DNA of 48,154 bases, taken from positions 1 through 48,154 of the forward strand of contig JABANN010000243.1 of assembly GCA_013115125.1 (NCBI GenBank). The letters run 5' to 3'. The position numbers and the translations under genes were made by a program. Below the pieces are notes generated by a model. It was not told the origin of the DNA, ran no database searches, and saw nothing but the letters and a program-made list of their open reading frames with translations. This stretch comes from Perkinsus olseni. Lineage: Eukaryota. Below, piece after piece: positions 1-10,842 of the stretch. Numbering within the stretch: position 1 is the stretch's first letter; every line of letters starts with the position of its first letter.

Positions 1-559
1 CACGCATCGGGATCACAGGGTGATTTTACTCAGGGGTAGTGATGCACGCATCAGGATCCGCATACGGCCCCTGATATAAGCATGCTCTCCGACAGTTTCT
101 ACTCGTCCCAAAAGGCCTCAATAAGGAAAACAGCAGTCATGAAATGTTCTATAGGAAGGAACGGGAAACTGTCAACAATTTTACATGGTAATGCTCTCAA
201 AGTAATGCGACAAGGACTGATATGCTCGAGAAGAGTTCGCATGGCGCTGACATCGGATTCTCTCCGCGCCCCACCAGGATAATTTCTAGTCGTCGAAGGT
301 TACTATTTTGACTCAGTCAGTAATCGCCTTCATCCGCAACCAACGCCGCGGTGAACCATCCCGAGCAGCCGGGACGCACCAGCCACGATTTCATCGAACC
401 AGCTCAGTCGAAACCAGGTAATGATCGATTAATAGAGGAACCATCGACACCGAGCCACGAAAATAATCAAAAAAGTAATCGATTTTCCGGGCGCGCGCTA
501 GAGTCATTCTAACTCGCGTGCGCCCTATTTTTAAATTCACGCAGCATTTGGTAGGCTTG

Positions 560-1390
560 CTCGTAGTACTCATCCTAATGGGCTCCGCCTCAAGGATGAG
601 CGGGACGGCTGGGCGTTTTGCTCGGGCCAGGGGAACGTCATTGTGGGCGCGAAAGTAAGTTGCGAGTCCACTGAGCTTGGCTAGGGTGAAGTTTTGCGAT
701 TGTTTCTTCGCAGTTACAACGCTAATTTTACGAGACGCTCGATGTGCTCGCTGGGCAGCAAAGTGCCTCAAGTCGTCGGAGAGTTGCCGATGAACGGCTT
801 TCCGGAGCAGCAAAGGTGGGATTTGTGGCAGTTATAGTTTTCTTTCAGTTCGCTTTTGAGTGTGTGAGTTTAGTGTCCAACGCCGACAATACGGCTCAGT
901 TAGGGGAAAACCGAAGTACCTTTATGTGGAGGACGGTTCGGCCTGTTGAGCCGGACCTCGACGATTCAGTGTCGCCATGTCTCTTGGTGTCTGAATGATT
1001 GTTGTAAGAACCATTAATTTGTGTTGATGATAATTTACTGTCATTTTCGTTGATAAATCGCTACTTACTTCGAACTTAATTAGCAATGATCGTTGATACT
1101 TATCATCGGTGATATAAGCATAAGTAATATAAGTTTGATACGAGTCGATAAAATATCATTTTATGCGATCATTATGGTGATGTTATCACTGTATAAGCTA
1201 GCCTTGTTCGTGCAAGGAGCAATGGAATGCACCAGCCCTCACCCTCAGAGTGTGCTTCAGAGGTCCTTCCTCTCTCCCTCAGGTCAGTCGGGACGTCCGA
1301 GATTACTACGTTGTTATCTCGGAACATCGGTGATGAGTGCGGGCATCCTCTCGATATTGTTGAGTCGGCCGAGGAGTTGCTGCAGGTGAG
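560..1390 (+). CDS. Possible multi-exon hypothetical gene (frame and limits unresolved)
   Basis: Short GC-richer open stretches bounded by GT/AG sites (donors gtaag ~655, gtggg ~816; acceptors ~713, ~899). No recognisable domain. Confidence 0.25.
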
Positions 1391-1894
1391 CACTTTTCGG
1401 TGTGACCGAAATGAGTGTGTTTTGATAGCTAACTTAATCATTCTCGGCTTCGAACCATGACAAAGACTCACCACCGCCGACCTCGGGTTGGCTGCTCCGG
1501 ACAGTCCTTGCAGCAAAATAGTGTCTGAGGCTTCCAGCTTCAAACGTTGTAGCAGTCACAGTTTACTATGACTTCTGAAATTGCTGCTTCTCTTGACATA
1601 TTTTTCGCGTCGAATCGTCTCCCCATCGCGTAAACGCGAGTAAACACGCGTTCTCACCACTCGTTGAGCCCCGCCTCAGATAGCCACATTCGACTGAGTT
1701 ATTTGCTCTTTTTTCAGATAATTTTCTGCGAAATATCTTCAGTAAATTGGATGGAAAATATAAGTTTCTTATACAAAAGACAAGTCGGGTGGGTTGGAGT
1801 GGAACCAGGAGTATCTTATGTGCATGCGTGCAGGTGATGTTTCGCCAAGAATTTGGTATTTTACGCTAAGTAACCTGTGTTCCATGCCTTGAAG

Positions 1895-1980
1895 GACGGA
1901 TTAGTTTGTTTCTGCTAACACTCTTTTGAGCTGCGTTCTGTCAAGTGGGAAGGTCCCTGGTTCGATCCCGGCATCTGTCA
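1895..1980 (+). pseudogene. Degenerate tRNA-like sequence (tRNA pseudogene or SINE head)
   Basis: GACGGAT (1895-1901) can pair with ATCTGTC (1973-1979), with TAG at tRNA positions 8-10 and T-arm CCTGG-TTCGATC-CCGGC. The D-loop and anticodon stem are not canonical. Confidence 0.35.
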
Positions 1981-3327
1981 TGGGAAAGTGGCTGCTGTTG
2001 GTGGTGGCGCACGCCCAAGTGATCGATTTGCTTGTTTTATGGTCGTGAAGACTTGTACGTCTGGCCCTACCCCCACCAGTGAAGAGGAGGGAGAGACTAA
2101 GGATGCCCGAAGGTAGAAGGGCGGAGCGAAGCTCATAATTGGCCAAAATCGTTGAGGGACGAAATCGATGACGGAATAGCGTGTTGTGTTTTGGATCTTC
2201 ACGGAGATTTTTTCAGGCATTTCAAGGAGGGTCAGAAGCATGTGACGCCACCGCAGGTGAGAGTTCCGATTGGTGTGGTATGGGACTTTGAGTTTCAGGG
2301 TGATTCGACCCGCGGGTTCTACGAGTCATTATTGGAAGAAAAACCCGAGAGTGTGATGGCTATACGGTATTGCGTGGAGTACGGCATATTTGCCGGGGAG
2401 AAGTAGTAAAGGGTTGGGAGCAAAGTTAATGAGGCAAAATATGATTTGCTACGTGCTTCCTGGCGAGAGTTCGGTAAGCCGATCGAGCCAATTTGGTAAG
2501 CAGATAAGCTCAGTCTTGAGAAATTTTGGTGCCACCCGAGAAATGCTCCAAGATTGTGTGTTGAGTGTCACCGCCAGCTAGTCGGAATACCGGCCTTATT
2601 CGCGATACCGGTTTGAACGTCGCTCGGTCTTCGGAGGAAATCTCTGGCATTCGGCGATATTTTCACGTCTGCTGTCAAGTGAGGATGTAAACAATCCGTT
2701 TTGAGCGCTGGGAACTGCTGGATGTGCAATTTTTCGACGGGCATTATGGGAAATAATTTCCGAAAATTGTCGTGAACGTTCTGGAGGCGGGGTTTCCGTT
2801 GTGCCTATATTTTTACCAACCACATAATTCCGATTGGCTCAGGCATCGCAAGCTTTTGGCACGATATAATGACTTGAAGGCAAGTGGTGATTTGAACCCC
2901 AATAAGAGGGCGCTGGATCGCGTTGCTGAGAAGTTCGGGTAATAGGTGATTGGGATGAGTCGAGGGTCGGGAAAATTTTTTGGCTATGATGAATTTTTTG
3001 GGATGATTATATCATCACCTTTATGGTTTATTTTTTCCATAATTTGTATTTTTCATGGTTTTTTTGAAATAAAACTTTAGTTAGCACGTGATTCATTATG
3101 GTTTCTAGGGTGAGCTTACCTGCGTCCCTTCTTGGGGAATTATGAGTTTAGACAGCTTAAAGCGAGGTGGCAGTTTCGTGGCGCGCGACATTATCGTGTT
3201 CAGCATTGCGAGCGAGGAGAGCTCGGCGCCAAGTGCGAAGCGGAGGAAGACTACCAAGGATGAGAAGAGCAAGAAGAAGTCATCGTCCACAAAAGTGAAG
3301 AAAGAGAAGAAAAGCAAGTCGAAGTGA
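1980..3327 (+). CDS. Conserved eukaryotic uncharacterised protein with Lys-rich C-terminus (about 6 exons)
   Basis: Spliced reading ...RHFKEGQKHVTPPQ|GDSTRGFYESLLEEKPESVMAIRYCVEYGIFAGEK|HRKLLARYNDLKASGDLNPNKRALDRVAEKFG|IASEESS...KKEKKSKSK*. The GQK..PP..D..R.FYESL..E.P.S.MA motif is recognised from a plant/alveolate uncharacterised family. Start codon uncertain. Confidence 0.7.
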
Positions 3328-3503
3328 TCATTGACAGCAACACTGTCACCAGCCTTGTGTATTATTAACGATGAGACAACTGCCAATGTTATTGACAAAT
3401 ATTCGACTCCTCCATTGTGTAGAGTTTTCCGTCGGGGATCGCGGGGTTGTTCTGATTCTGACATCTCTAGCCATTACTAGCAGTTGTGCGCTTTATATTG
3501 ATC

Positions 3504-5054
3504 ATGTCGAACGACACCGTCGATCATGGGCCTGCCGATGCGACAGCAATGGCAATCACGGTAATAGGGGCGGGGTGGTTCTCAATCTCCCAGCATACTT
3601 GCCTTGCGGGGTATTTTCTGTGGACTTTTATGATGGTTGGAGAACTTCTTTTACATGATGTGGAGGATGCTCCAAAGTGTGCCCTGGACTCCCTCTTCGT
3701 GTCAGTTCGCCAAAACGATTGGCCGCGTTGCGGACTTCGCCGTGGATCTCGCTGAGCAGCTACACAAGGATCTAGGGTTGGAATATAAGCCAGCTGGACA
3801 CGGCAAGAAGACTAAGAAATCGGTATGTGATGTTATCGGGTTGTGAGCTACGAAGTTCGTTCGTACGAACTGTTCGTAGTTCGTACTTTGTAGCCTATGA
3901 GTATGGCGGTTCGTAGTACGAACCGTTGTACCTTACTCGAGTTGTACCGTGACGCTTCACGCGAATTTGAAATTCGAAATCAAATAAAATTTTTAATCAG
4001 TTCTAGCAATTTTGAATGTCAACTTTTATGCCGTAAGCTTGGGCTGCCTGCTCGAGTGATGCGTGTCTTGTACTGTCGGAAGCAATGAAAAATCCGAGGT
4101 GACAATCGGGGGGGGGATATCTCTTTATGGTGGACCTGCCTGATCCATCGAGAATGGATTCGGAGCACTGCCAGCTCAAATCGGCGCTGCGGCGAGTGCA
4201 GCAATTTGTCTTTTGGCGGTGATAGGGAAGTTCAGCCGAAAAAATCGGCCTGTTGGCAGCCCTTCTGTGGTCTACAAGACGCGACGTAGCTCGGCTGCTC
4301 TGCGACTTCCGGAACGCGCAATGCTGGGCTTGATGTAAACTGCGTTGCTATTGTATTCAAGGTTCGAGACCCGAACATGCCTAAGAAGCCGAAGACTGCC
4401 TTCTTCCTCTTCTGCGACAGCGAGAGAGAGAAAGCTAAGGAGAGGGTGAGTGCGGAGCGGAGTTGACTTGTCTATTGGAAGGTCCCGGGATCGAGGCGGG
4501 GATGTGCCATTTTTCAGGGAGATGGCCCTCCGACCACAAAGGACATGGCGGAAACATGGAAGACTGCTGAGGACTCTGTAGGCATTCTCCGCGGCGCAGC
4601 TCGGCCGTCCTGAGACTAGAATCCATCTTAGGTCAGAACGCACTACAGTAATGAGCAGGCGAAGCTGAAAGAGCAATACGAGAAGGTCAGTGGCTACGAA
4701 TTTGGGGTGTTCAATAGACTGCCTCTCCTGAATTCCCGCGCCGCTCCCAGGATTGAATTTAACGTGTAAAAGACGGTCCTGGGAGGGCTGTTGGAACTCA
4801 GGAGAGATCTGCTCAGCACGCGGATTATGGCCGGACTCGACTGCTTTGCATTCGCCTCAGGATATGAGCGCTTACTATGCTGGAAAGCAGCACAGCGGGA
4901 GCGGCAGTCCCCCACCTTCTAAAAGAGAGGTACGCTCGGCGCTGGTGGTCACAGTGGTAGCTCGTCAAGGGTCGCTTTTCAGAGCCCAGAGACCTCGAGT
5001 GCGTCGGAGGACGAGGAAGAGAATGCTCAGGTTCCTAAGAAGCTGAAGCGGTAG
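3504..5054 (+). CDS. HMG-box (NHP6/HMGB-like) chromatin protein, multi-exon
   Basis: Spliced MSNDTVDHG...|FAKTIGRVADFAVDLAEQLHKDLGLEYKPAGHGKKTKKS|VRDPNMPKKPKTAFFLFCDSEREKAKE...MAETWK...|VRTHYSNEQAKLKEQYEK|DMSAYYAG...|SPETSSASEDEEENAQVPKKLKR*. Classic DPNxPKKPxTAFFLF HMG signature. Confidence 0.85.
4704..4806. repeat. Intronic hairpin element, copy 1 (MITE-like or structured ncRNA)
   Basis: Arms ctctcctga..ttcc..ctcccagga / tcctgggag..ggaa..tcaggagag around loop ttgaatttaacgtgtaaaaga. Near-identical core at 36794-36916. Lies in HMG intron 4686-4860. Confidence 0.85.
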
Positions 5055-5370
5055 ATTATTAACTACTTCCTGTTTCCTTATGCACATGTGAAATTGTGTA
5101 CGAGTGAGTTAATGGGAGGTCTTTTACTGAGCCACGTTACTACACTACGCAAGAAATTTTTTGGGAAAAAACAAAATTTTTTTATTTTTCCGACAGCTGT
5201 GAGCCGATCAGTGGATGGCATGTTACTGTGTGTGTTCCGTATATACTAGAGAATGATTTATAGTACCACTAGGGGCAGGTACCAGTTGAACTGGGCGCAT
5301 AGCGTAGTGGCCGGGGTCTCTAGGTAGGGAATGCTTGCCGGCACACGCTGGGTCTTTTTTGTCTAATGTA

Positions 5371-5715
5371 CTATCTCGTTGTAGTAGGTGAAGTTGTAGA
5401 ACACAACATAAGTAGTTTGGGCTCATAGTGAACGAGATAGAGCGAGAAGTGATTCCATTTCTCTGAGGAGTTTTGCGGTATCCTAAGGATGCCTTTGGAG
5501 CTCGCCTGACACTCTTGACCCCGTCAACTGCGCGGCCTTCGGGTTTTTGGCGAAGGTCGCCTCAAGGGCGACCTGAGTCGGGTTGAAGGGGGTTACGCAG
5601 TACTCCAAAGATAGAGGGACCGATCGGCTCGGAAGCCAGCGCGCTATCTCGTTGCAGGAATGTAGTCGTAGAACACAACATAAGTAGGTTGGGCTCATAG
5701 TGAGCAAGATAGAGC
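5371..5715. repeat. Pair of ~73-bp direct repeats (5371-5443, 5644-5715), each closed by an inverted repeat, flanking a structured spacer
   Basis: Shared ctatctcgttg...gtagaacacaacataagtag(t/g)ttgggctcatagtga..agatagagc. Copy 1 has a perfect 10-bp IR ctatctcgtt/aacgagatag. Confidence 0.85.
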
Positions 5716-6065
5716 AGATAGTCATGAGTAGATGAGAGAATGGGTTGATAATGCGAAGCTAGTATGAGCACAGCTCAGTTGTGCACTACTAGCATTGAGT
5801 GTGCGAGAGGCAAGCTTGGAACTTTGGTATCGACTTATGCAGGGCGAGCGGGTTCCTCCTGACTCTCTTCCGCGCACTAACGAGTGACTAATCAATGGGC
5901 TTAACGCTGCAATCCGGAAAAAATTTTCACAAATTTTGAATTTATTTTCTCCCATGGAAAGATGAACATTTTTCTCGCTTCAAGTCAAGGGCTTGAACTC
6001 GACTTGCAGGTGCATTCTCTCGGTCAAGGTTCTTGATATCAGCTTTTCATTGTTGTCCTTTTTTC

Positions 6066-6600
6066 ATGTCTAGCCGACGGACGCTCGGGCCAGTCGTGTA
6101 TCTGTTATTGGTGTTTGTGACCTGTTTCGGCGAAGGGATTCTCGACAATCGGCAAATTGCTCGCCAAATTCTGCAGGAGCGGTGCCATGGTCATGGGGCC
6201 TCCGACACAGACAAGACTCTGGAAGAACTGGTGACTCAGTTCGGCCTCGGCGAATTCGGTTTTCTTCCTGCGTTGTCCGCGTCATTGTCGCTCATAAGCT
6301 ATGCAGTGGCTCAGGGTGAAGAAGCGGTCAAAGGTTGGGTGGAGTTGGAGACCGAATTTTTGGATACTATGACCAATCTGTTTCACGAAGACGCCAACAG
6401 AACGCTCGTAGGAAATGAGAGCCTCTCGGCATTGCACGGGGCGTCTGGGGTTCTCGAATGGACTGTGGTACACCCGTGTTCACACGTCGGCAAGACGGGC
6501 GTTCGTTCTAAAAGACAGTTTTGACGAGAAATACTTTGGTAGCACCTCTAGGTGGCGGTTGGAGATGCTGCCGTCGCCTGAGTTGATGAGATGCAACGTG
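6066..6600 (+). CDS. 5' exons of a signal-peptide/anchor protein, probably the N-terminus of the downstream GT34 gene
   Basis: MSSRRTLGPVVYLLLVFVTCFGEGILDNRQIARQ... has a hydrophobic N-terminus followed by GT-AG bounded exons. Linkage to the 8766-10491 exons is inferred, not shown. Confidence 0.5.
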
Positions 6601-6829
6601 ATCGGCGTTATTCCATTGCTTGTTCGAGCTTGAGAAGTTGTTGTCCGAGCTCATCAGAGTTTGATAACGCTCCTAGCGTCATCTGGCTGGCAATGCTTTA
6701 TTATTTGTCTCCAGTTTAATTGCTTCATTTGGTCACTCTTCCGAGTTGTCGATGATAGGATGATGAAGAGTAGCTCGTTTATGCGAGAGTTCCTCCCTGG
6801 GGTATTTAGTGACTGAGAGTGCCCGACAG

Positions 6830-7560
6830 GGTCTCTAGACCCTGGATGCCACGTAGGGCATACGATTAAGCTTCACCTCAACTGCGCGCACGTCGCGCTT
6901 GTCGACCCGCGAACGGAACAATCTGTGACAACTTCCGGCGTTTTCAGGCGCGCCTGTTGGCTCACATCGAGAAACTCTTAGTCCAGAAGACTCTACTGGC
7001 TTTTGCCTGCCCCGTTCTCACTGCGGGTAATGTTTACCAAGCAGCGATGGTATGGGCGACATCTGGACAACACAACCGTGCGAGGGTGAGCGACTGGGTG
7101 ATATACGGTCGAGTATACCGAAGCCAACAGCTGCTGGGCATCGCGTCATAGAATTTGCCTTGTCTCTTCGAGTGCGGCCTTGGTCCTTCTAAGTTTACTC
7201 GTCTCACTTGGTCCTGAGCTAAGTCCGCTTCCTGGTCCTTGAGCTCAGTCGACCTTGGTTCAACTGTGTACAGGTCCTTCTGCAAATCGGTAACATGTTC
7301 AAGCTGCAGTCCATCAGCCAGTGGTGGGGGTAGGCCAGATTTCCTCAGTCGCATGTACCTGCTTTTGCCGCTGTTATCAAGAATCACTGGAGTTCTTCGG
7401 ATGAATTAAGTTTACTGTATCACTCTGGCTCGAAACCTGGATGAACCGTTGCGAGAATCCATCTTTGCAGGTACACTGAGTCTCTGAAGGCCAAGGGGCT
7501 GCCGCCTGCATCTAAGCGCTTCGAGACTGCTATGCAAGCGGACTACTCGATCTCTCTAGC
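6830..7560 (-). mobile_element. Probable decayed LTR-retrotransposon gag/protease relic
   Basis: Broken minus-strand frames give Gag-like KDGFSQRF.., LRKSGLPPPLADGLQL and protease-like VEVKLNRMPYVA (no intact DxG). Multiple stops and frameshifts; no LTRs recognised. Confidence 0.3.
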
Positions 7561-8765
7561 GGCCCTAGCCCACAAATTGAACGTAACGCCACGCTCGCTT
7601 GACCAGGCCGGCGATTGAAAACTTCCTGCGGCGCTTGTCGATGGCGTTTTTTATTTGAGATGAAGGATCTTCGCAGAAGAGCGTTTAGCAGGGTAAAATG
7701 CGCACTGAGCCGACGCAGCAGGCACCGAGGGCCGGGCGCGGTAGCGCGCGCCCGGTTGATCTATAGCGTTGACGCTAGTGGGGTGTTCCAGCACTCCCCT
7801 TTAGGTGGAGTGTCTTGCTTCCTTTGGATCGTAAGTTGCGATCGTTGTTAGGTTTCTTTGAGTTTTATGCACTCTCTCTTTTAAAAAAACCCAGCCCGCT
7901 CCACCCGGGTTGGTCTCACGATACCCTTGTGTGGTGTGCCGCCTTGCGCGCTGCCCATGGCCGTAGGTCGTGTACAGCGAAGTGCGTCCACGGCCGGTTC
8001 TCCGGAGGCGTGGCGCAGTTGGCGGCCAGATTGAGGCGATCTGGCGATCGCGTCACGATGCGCTGTCTCGTGGCGCCGGGCGTGTTGCTCGGGCCGCGTG
8101 CTTAGCTGCAGCGAATTCGTGACTCGCGTCGCGTGGTATCGCTCCGACCTCCGATCACTCTCCCACGGTTTTGCCGATCGAGGCGGGCGAGGGTCCGCGC
8201 GTTTTAGCCATGGCTTGTTCGAAGGCCCGCGCAGGTACCACCGCTTTCGGAGGTGAAAGCGGCATCTGAGGCTAGACGGAGGAACATCGAGGTGGAGTGT
8301 GTGGAGAGCTTCTACTGGGATTGGACCCGCGGGCGGCCTCGTAGATACATAGCATCTGTTCCTACGCGGATGACCCCACCTCGAATACTGGTCTCACTTC
8401 GGAGCTTCCTGAGATGGCGCCGAGGAATCATCAAAGCTACGCCGACCATTTCGGATACAGGTGGGGCCCGGCCCTTCCGGTATGACTAGCTGATGTGTGT
8501 AACGCATTCTTTTTGCGTTTGCTACTCTTTCGGGGTTTGATCCCTTAATATTTCACCAGGGCCGGACCGAACGCGTAAGTCATACGTGTGTCAAATATTG
8601 AATCACATCAATGCTTCGATTATATTCTTGTGATACGAGCTTGCCCTAGTTCCTTGAGTGGCAGCTTGCCTTCATTCTCTCTATTAGGGAGATTAGAATT
8701 GAGTAGGCTTGGCCTCGTGATGGCGTGGTAGTGTGTGATCCATGATGGATGTTCGCTCGGTTCAG

Positions 8766-10491
8766 GTATGTGCTACACAGTGATTTAGCGGAAGGCCGGG
8801 AAAATATGGAAGCCCACTACTCTAAGATGATGGTGAGCTTTATCCCTTCTTGCGAGCCGTTCGATCGTGATCAGTCCCAGGTGGTACTTCTGGCCCTGGA
8901 GACATCTCCGACCATCGAGTGGCTGTTGTTCATTGATTGTGACGCGTTCTTCACGGACTTCACCACTAGCCTCGACGCTCTTGTAGATACCTTCGCCCCA
9001 GAGGGATCAGGTGATCAAAACCCCGTGGGATTCTCCGCACTCCTCAATTGGTTTGAATTCATGTTTCCCGCCCGTGAATTGCTGTGGCTGTTGGTAGAGG
9101 TGCGCTGTTGGTGCCGGCGCCACGGTGCCACGATCTCCGCGACGTTCGCGAGCAGGAGTTCCGAGGCTCCCGCTGGGCGAGCGTAGAGGGGCTGGCGGGT
9201 ATCAGAAATTCCTTCACAGAACAAAGCTCGCATCCGACGCCAGAGTAAGTGACACTGATTGAGATCATGACGCGCCTCATCGGTGACGTCCGATTTCCGC
9301 ACGCATGCACACAACTGTCCCCTGCCTCGGGGTTGCCTAGGAATTGCCGGCATCGCATGATATGTACGAGAGAAGCTTAGTTAAGTTGGTACAAGGATCG
9401 CTCCATGAAACATACTATACCCACGCTACAGAGACGGTGAAGTACATCGACAGTTTGGCCGAGTGGTCTAAGGCGCTGGCTTAAGGCGCCAGTCCGAAAG
9501 GGCGTGGGTTCGAACCCCACAGCTGTCATTTATTTGGTCGGTCTACCAGTCATTGCTTGTCCTGGAAGTTGCGAATGTGTCGAGATATGTTCCCCGCGGG
9601 GATTGAGAGGAATCGGGGCAGCAGTTCAGTACATACTTCTCTCGGCTATCAGTTCCTTATCCTCATTGGTCTTTCGTTTCCATCAGATGTAGCATTTATT
9701 GTAGCGGAGGACAGCGGTGGCATCAACACTGGAGTGTTCATGGTGAAGGGTGGTATTGAGTGGTCGAAGGACTATCTGCGGAGGGTCAGCGTGGCGCCGT
9801 GAGAGGCATGATTCGTTGAACTGCGTCCCGAGGCTCTCGCCGCGTCGTCAGATTCACAACTGCCTGGGATCAGAGTCAGTTTTTCTGGGAGGCTGTTAAA
9901 GACAATCTTTTTGCGAATGCTTTTGAAGATTTCAGCTTGCCCAAACAAGTGAGGATACCTTTCGGAGCTCAGCCGAGCCGGTTCCGCAGCTTTATTAGTC
10001 ATTCGCAAGATACGCTTTGTTCACCAGCGGCACCTGAACGCCTTCGTGCCGCCGGCTAGTGTTGACTGGATGGCGTAGGTGGGGTAGTGAGTGCAGTTTC
10101 ACCTGTGATCGCGGTCCTCTCTGTGGAAGTGATATGAAGCTGCCTCTAAAGGTTACCCTCAGTAGAAGCTTCATATTATACCTTCAGTTTCATATCGTAC
10201 CTATCGTTCATATCGTAAGGTACGAATGGCAGCCGGGCGATTTTGTGCGTCATTTCGCTGGCTGTCCGTGGCAAGAGGAACCCTGCTTAACGATGATGAA
10301 AGAAACCGTGAGCTGCTGCATCTCCGCAGTTCATTTGGCAGAGAAACTAGGGAATCTGTGACCTCAGCTTGCCAGCATCTCATCTCTCGCTGATCTGGTG
10401 AGAAATTTTTTGTTACCGGCAGGTGGCCTTTGCCGAGGAAATGCGGCTCCTTGCAGTTCAGGAGAGAGTGAATGTCCATGTTGAACTATAA
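8766..10491 (+). CDS. Glycosyltransferase family 34 (GMA12/MNN10-like), catalytic exons
   Basis: Spliced YVLHSDLAEGRENMEAHYSKMM|VVLLALETSPTIEWLLFIDCDAFFTDF...|DVAFIVAEDSGGINTGVFMVKGGIEWSKDYLRRV...|FTTAWDQSQF...|IRFVHQRHLNAF...|YEWQPGDFVRHFAGC...VEL*. DxD, GxNxGVF, WDQ and GDFxxHFAG motifs of GT34. Confidence 0.85.
9449..9528 (+). tRNA. tRNA-Leu (anticodon AAG)
   Basis: Full cloverleaf: acceptor GACAGTT/AGCTGTC, A-box TGGCCGAGTGG, anticodon arm CTGGC-TTAAGGC-GCCAG, long variable arm, T-arm GTGGG-TTCGAAC-CCCAC, discriminator A, T-rich 3' flank. Confidence 0.96.
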
Positions 10492-10842
10492 TCCTGTAGA
10501 ATGATCTATACTGGCCGAGTCGCGTTCGAGTTTCGATGGTGGGTTAGTCAGAGTCAGTTGTCCTGGCGAGGAGGAAGAACTCCCGGACGAAGTAACTTGG
10601 TCTCTCGATCAACAGCATTTAGCCACCACTGTGAGTGAGTCGCTCAGGATGGCTGCGGATTGACCCTCACTGTCTCCTCCAGGCTCGGCTTTGAACTCCC
10701 TTTAGGTGAATACGTTGCATGGAGGTCGTGATCTGTCTAGCGGTTCGGTTCACTTTCAAGTCGCCCGATGCTTGTTGCGTATCCCTCCTCTGGTAGGCCG
10801 GCAATAGATCACTATGAAGCTTCCATCTTGCGGTTGAATTCA

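Noticed and set aside
5462-5510. Hammerhead ribozyme core (ctgagga)
   Set aside because: No GAAA after the putative stem II and no cleavage triplet in place.
9365-9400. U6-like words agagaag.ttag ... caaggat upstream of the tRNA
   Set aside because: Lacks the ACAGAGA box, the AGC triad and the internal stem-loop; likely chance.
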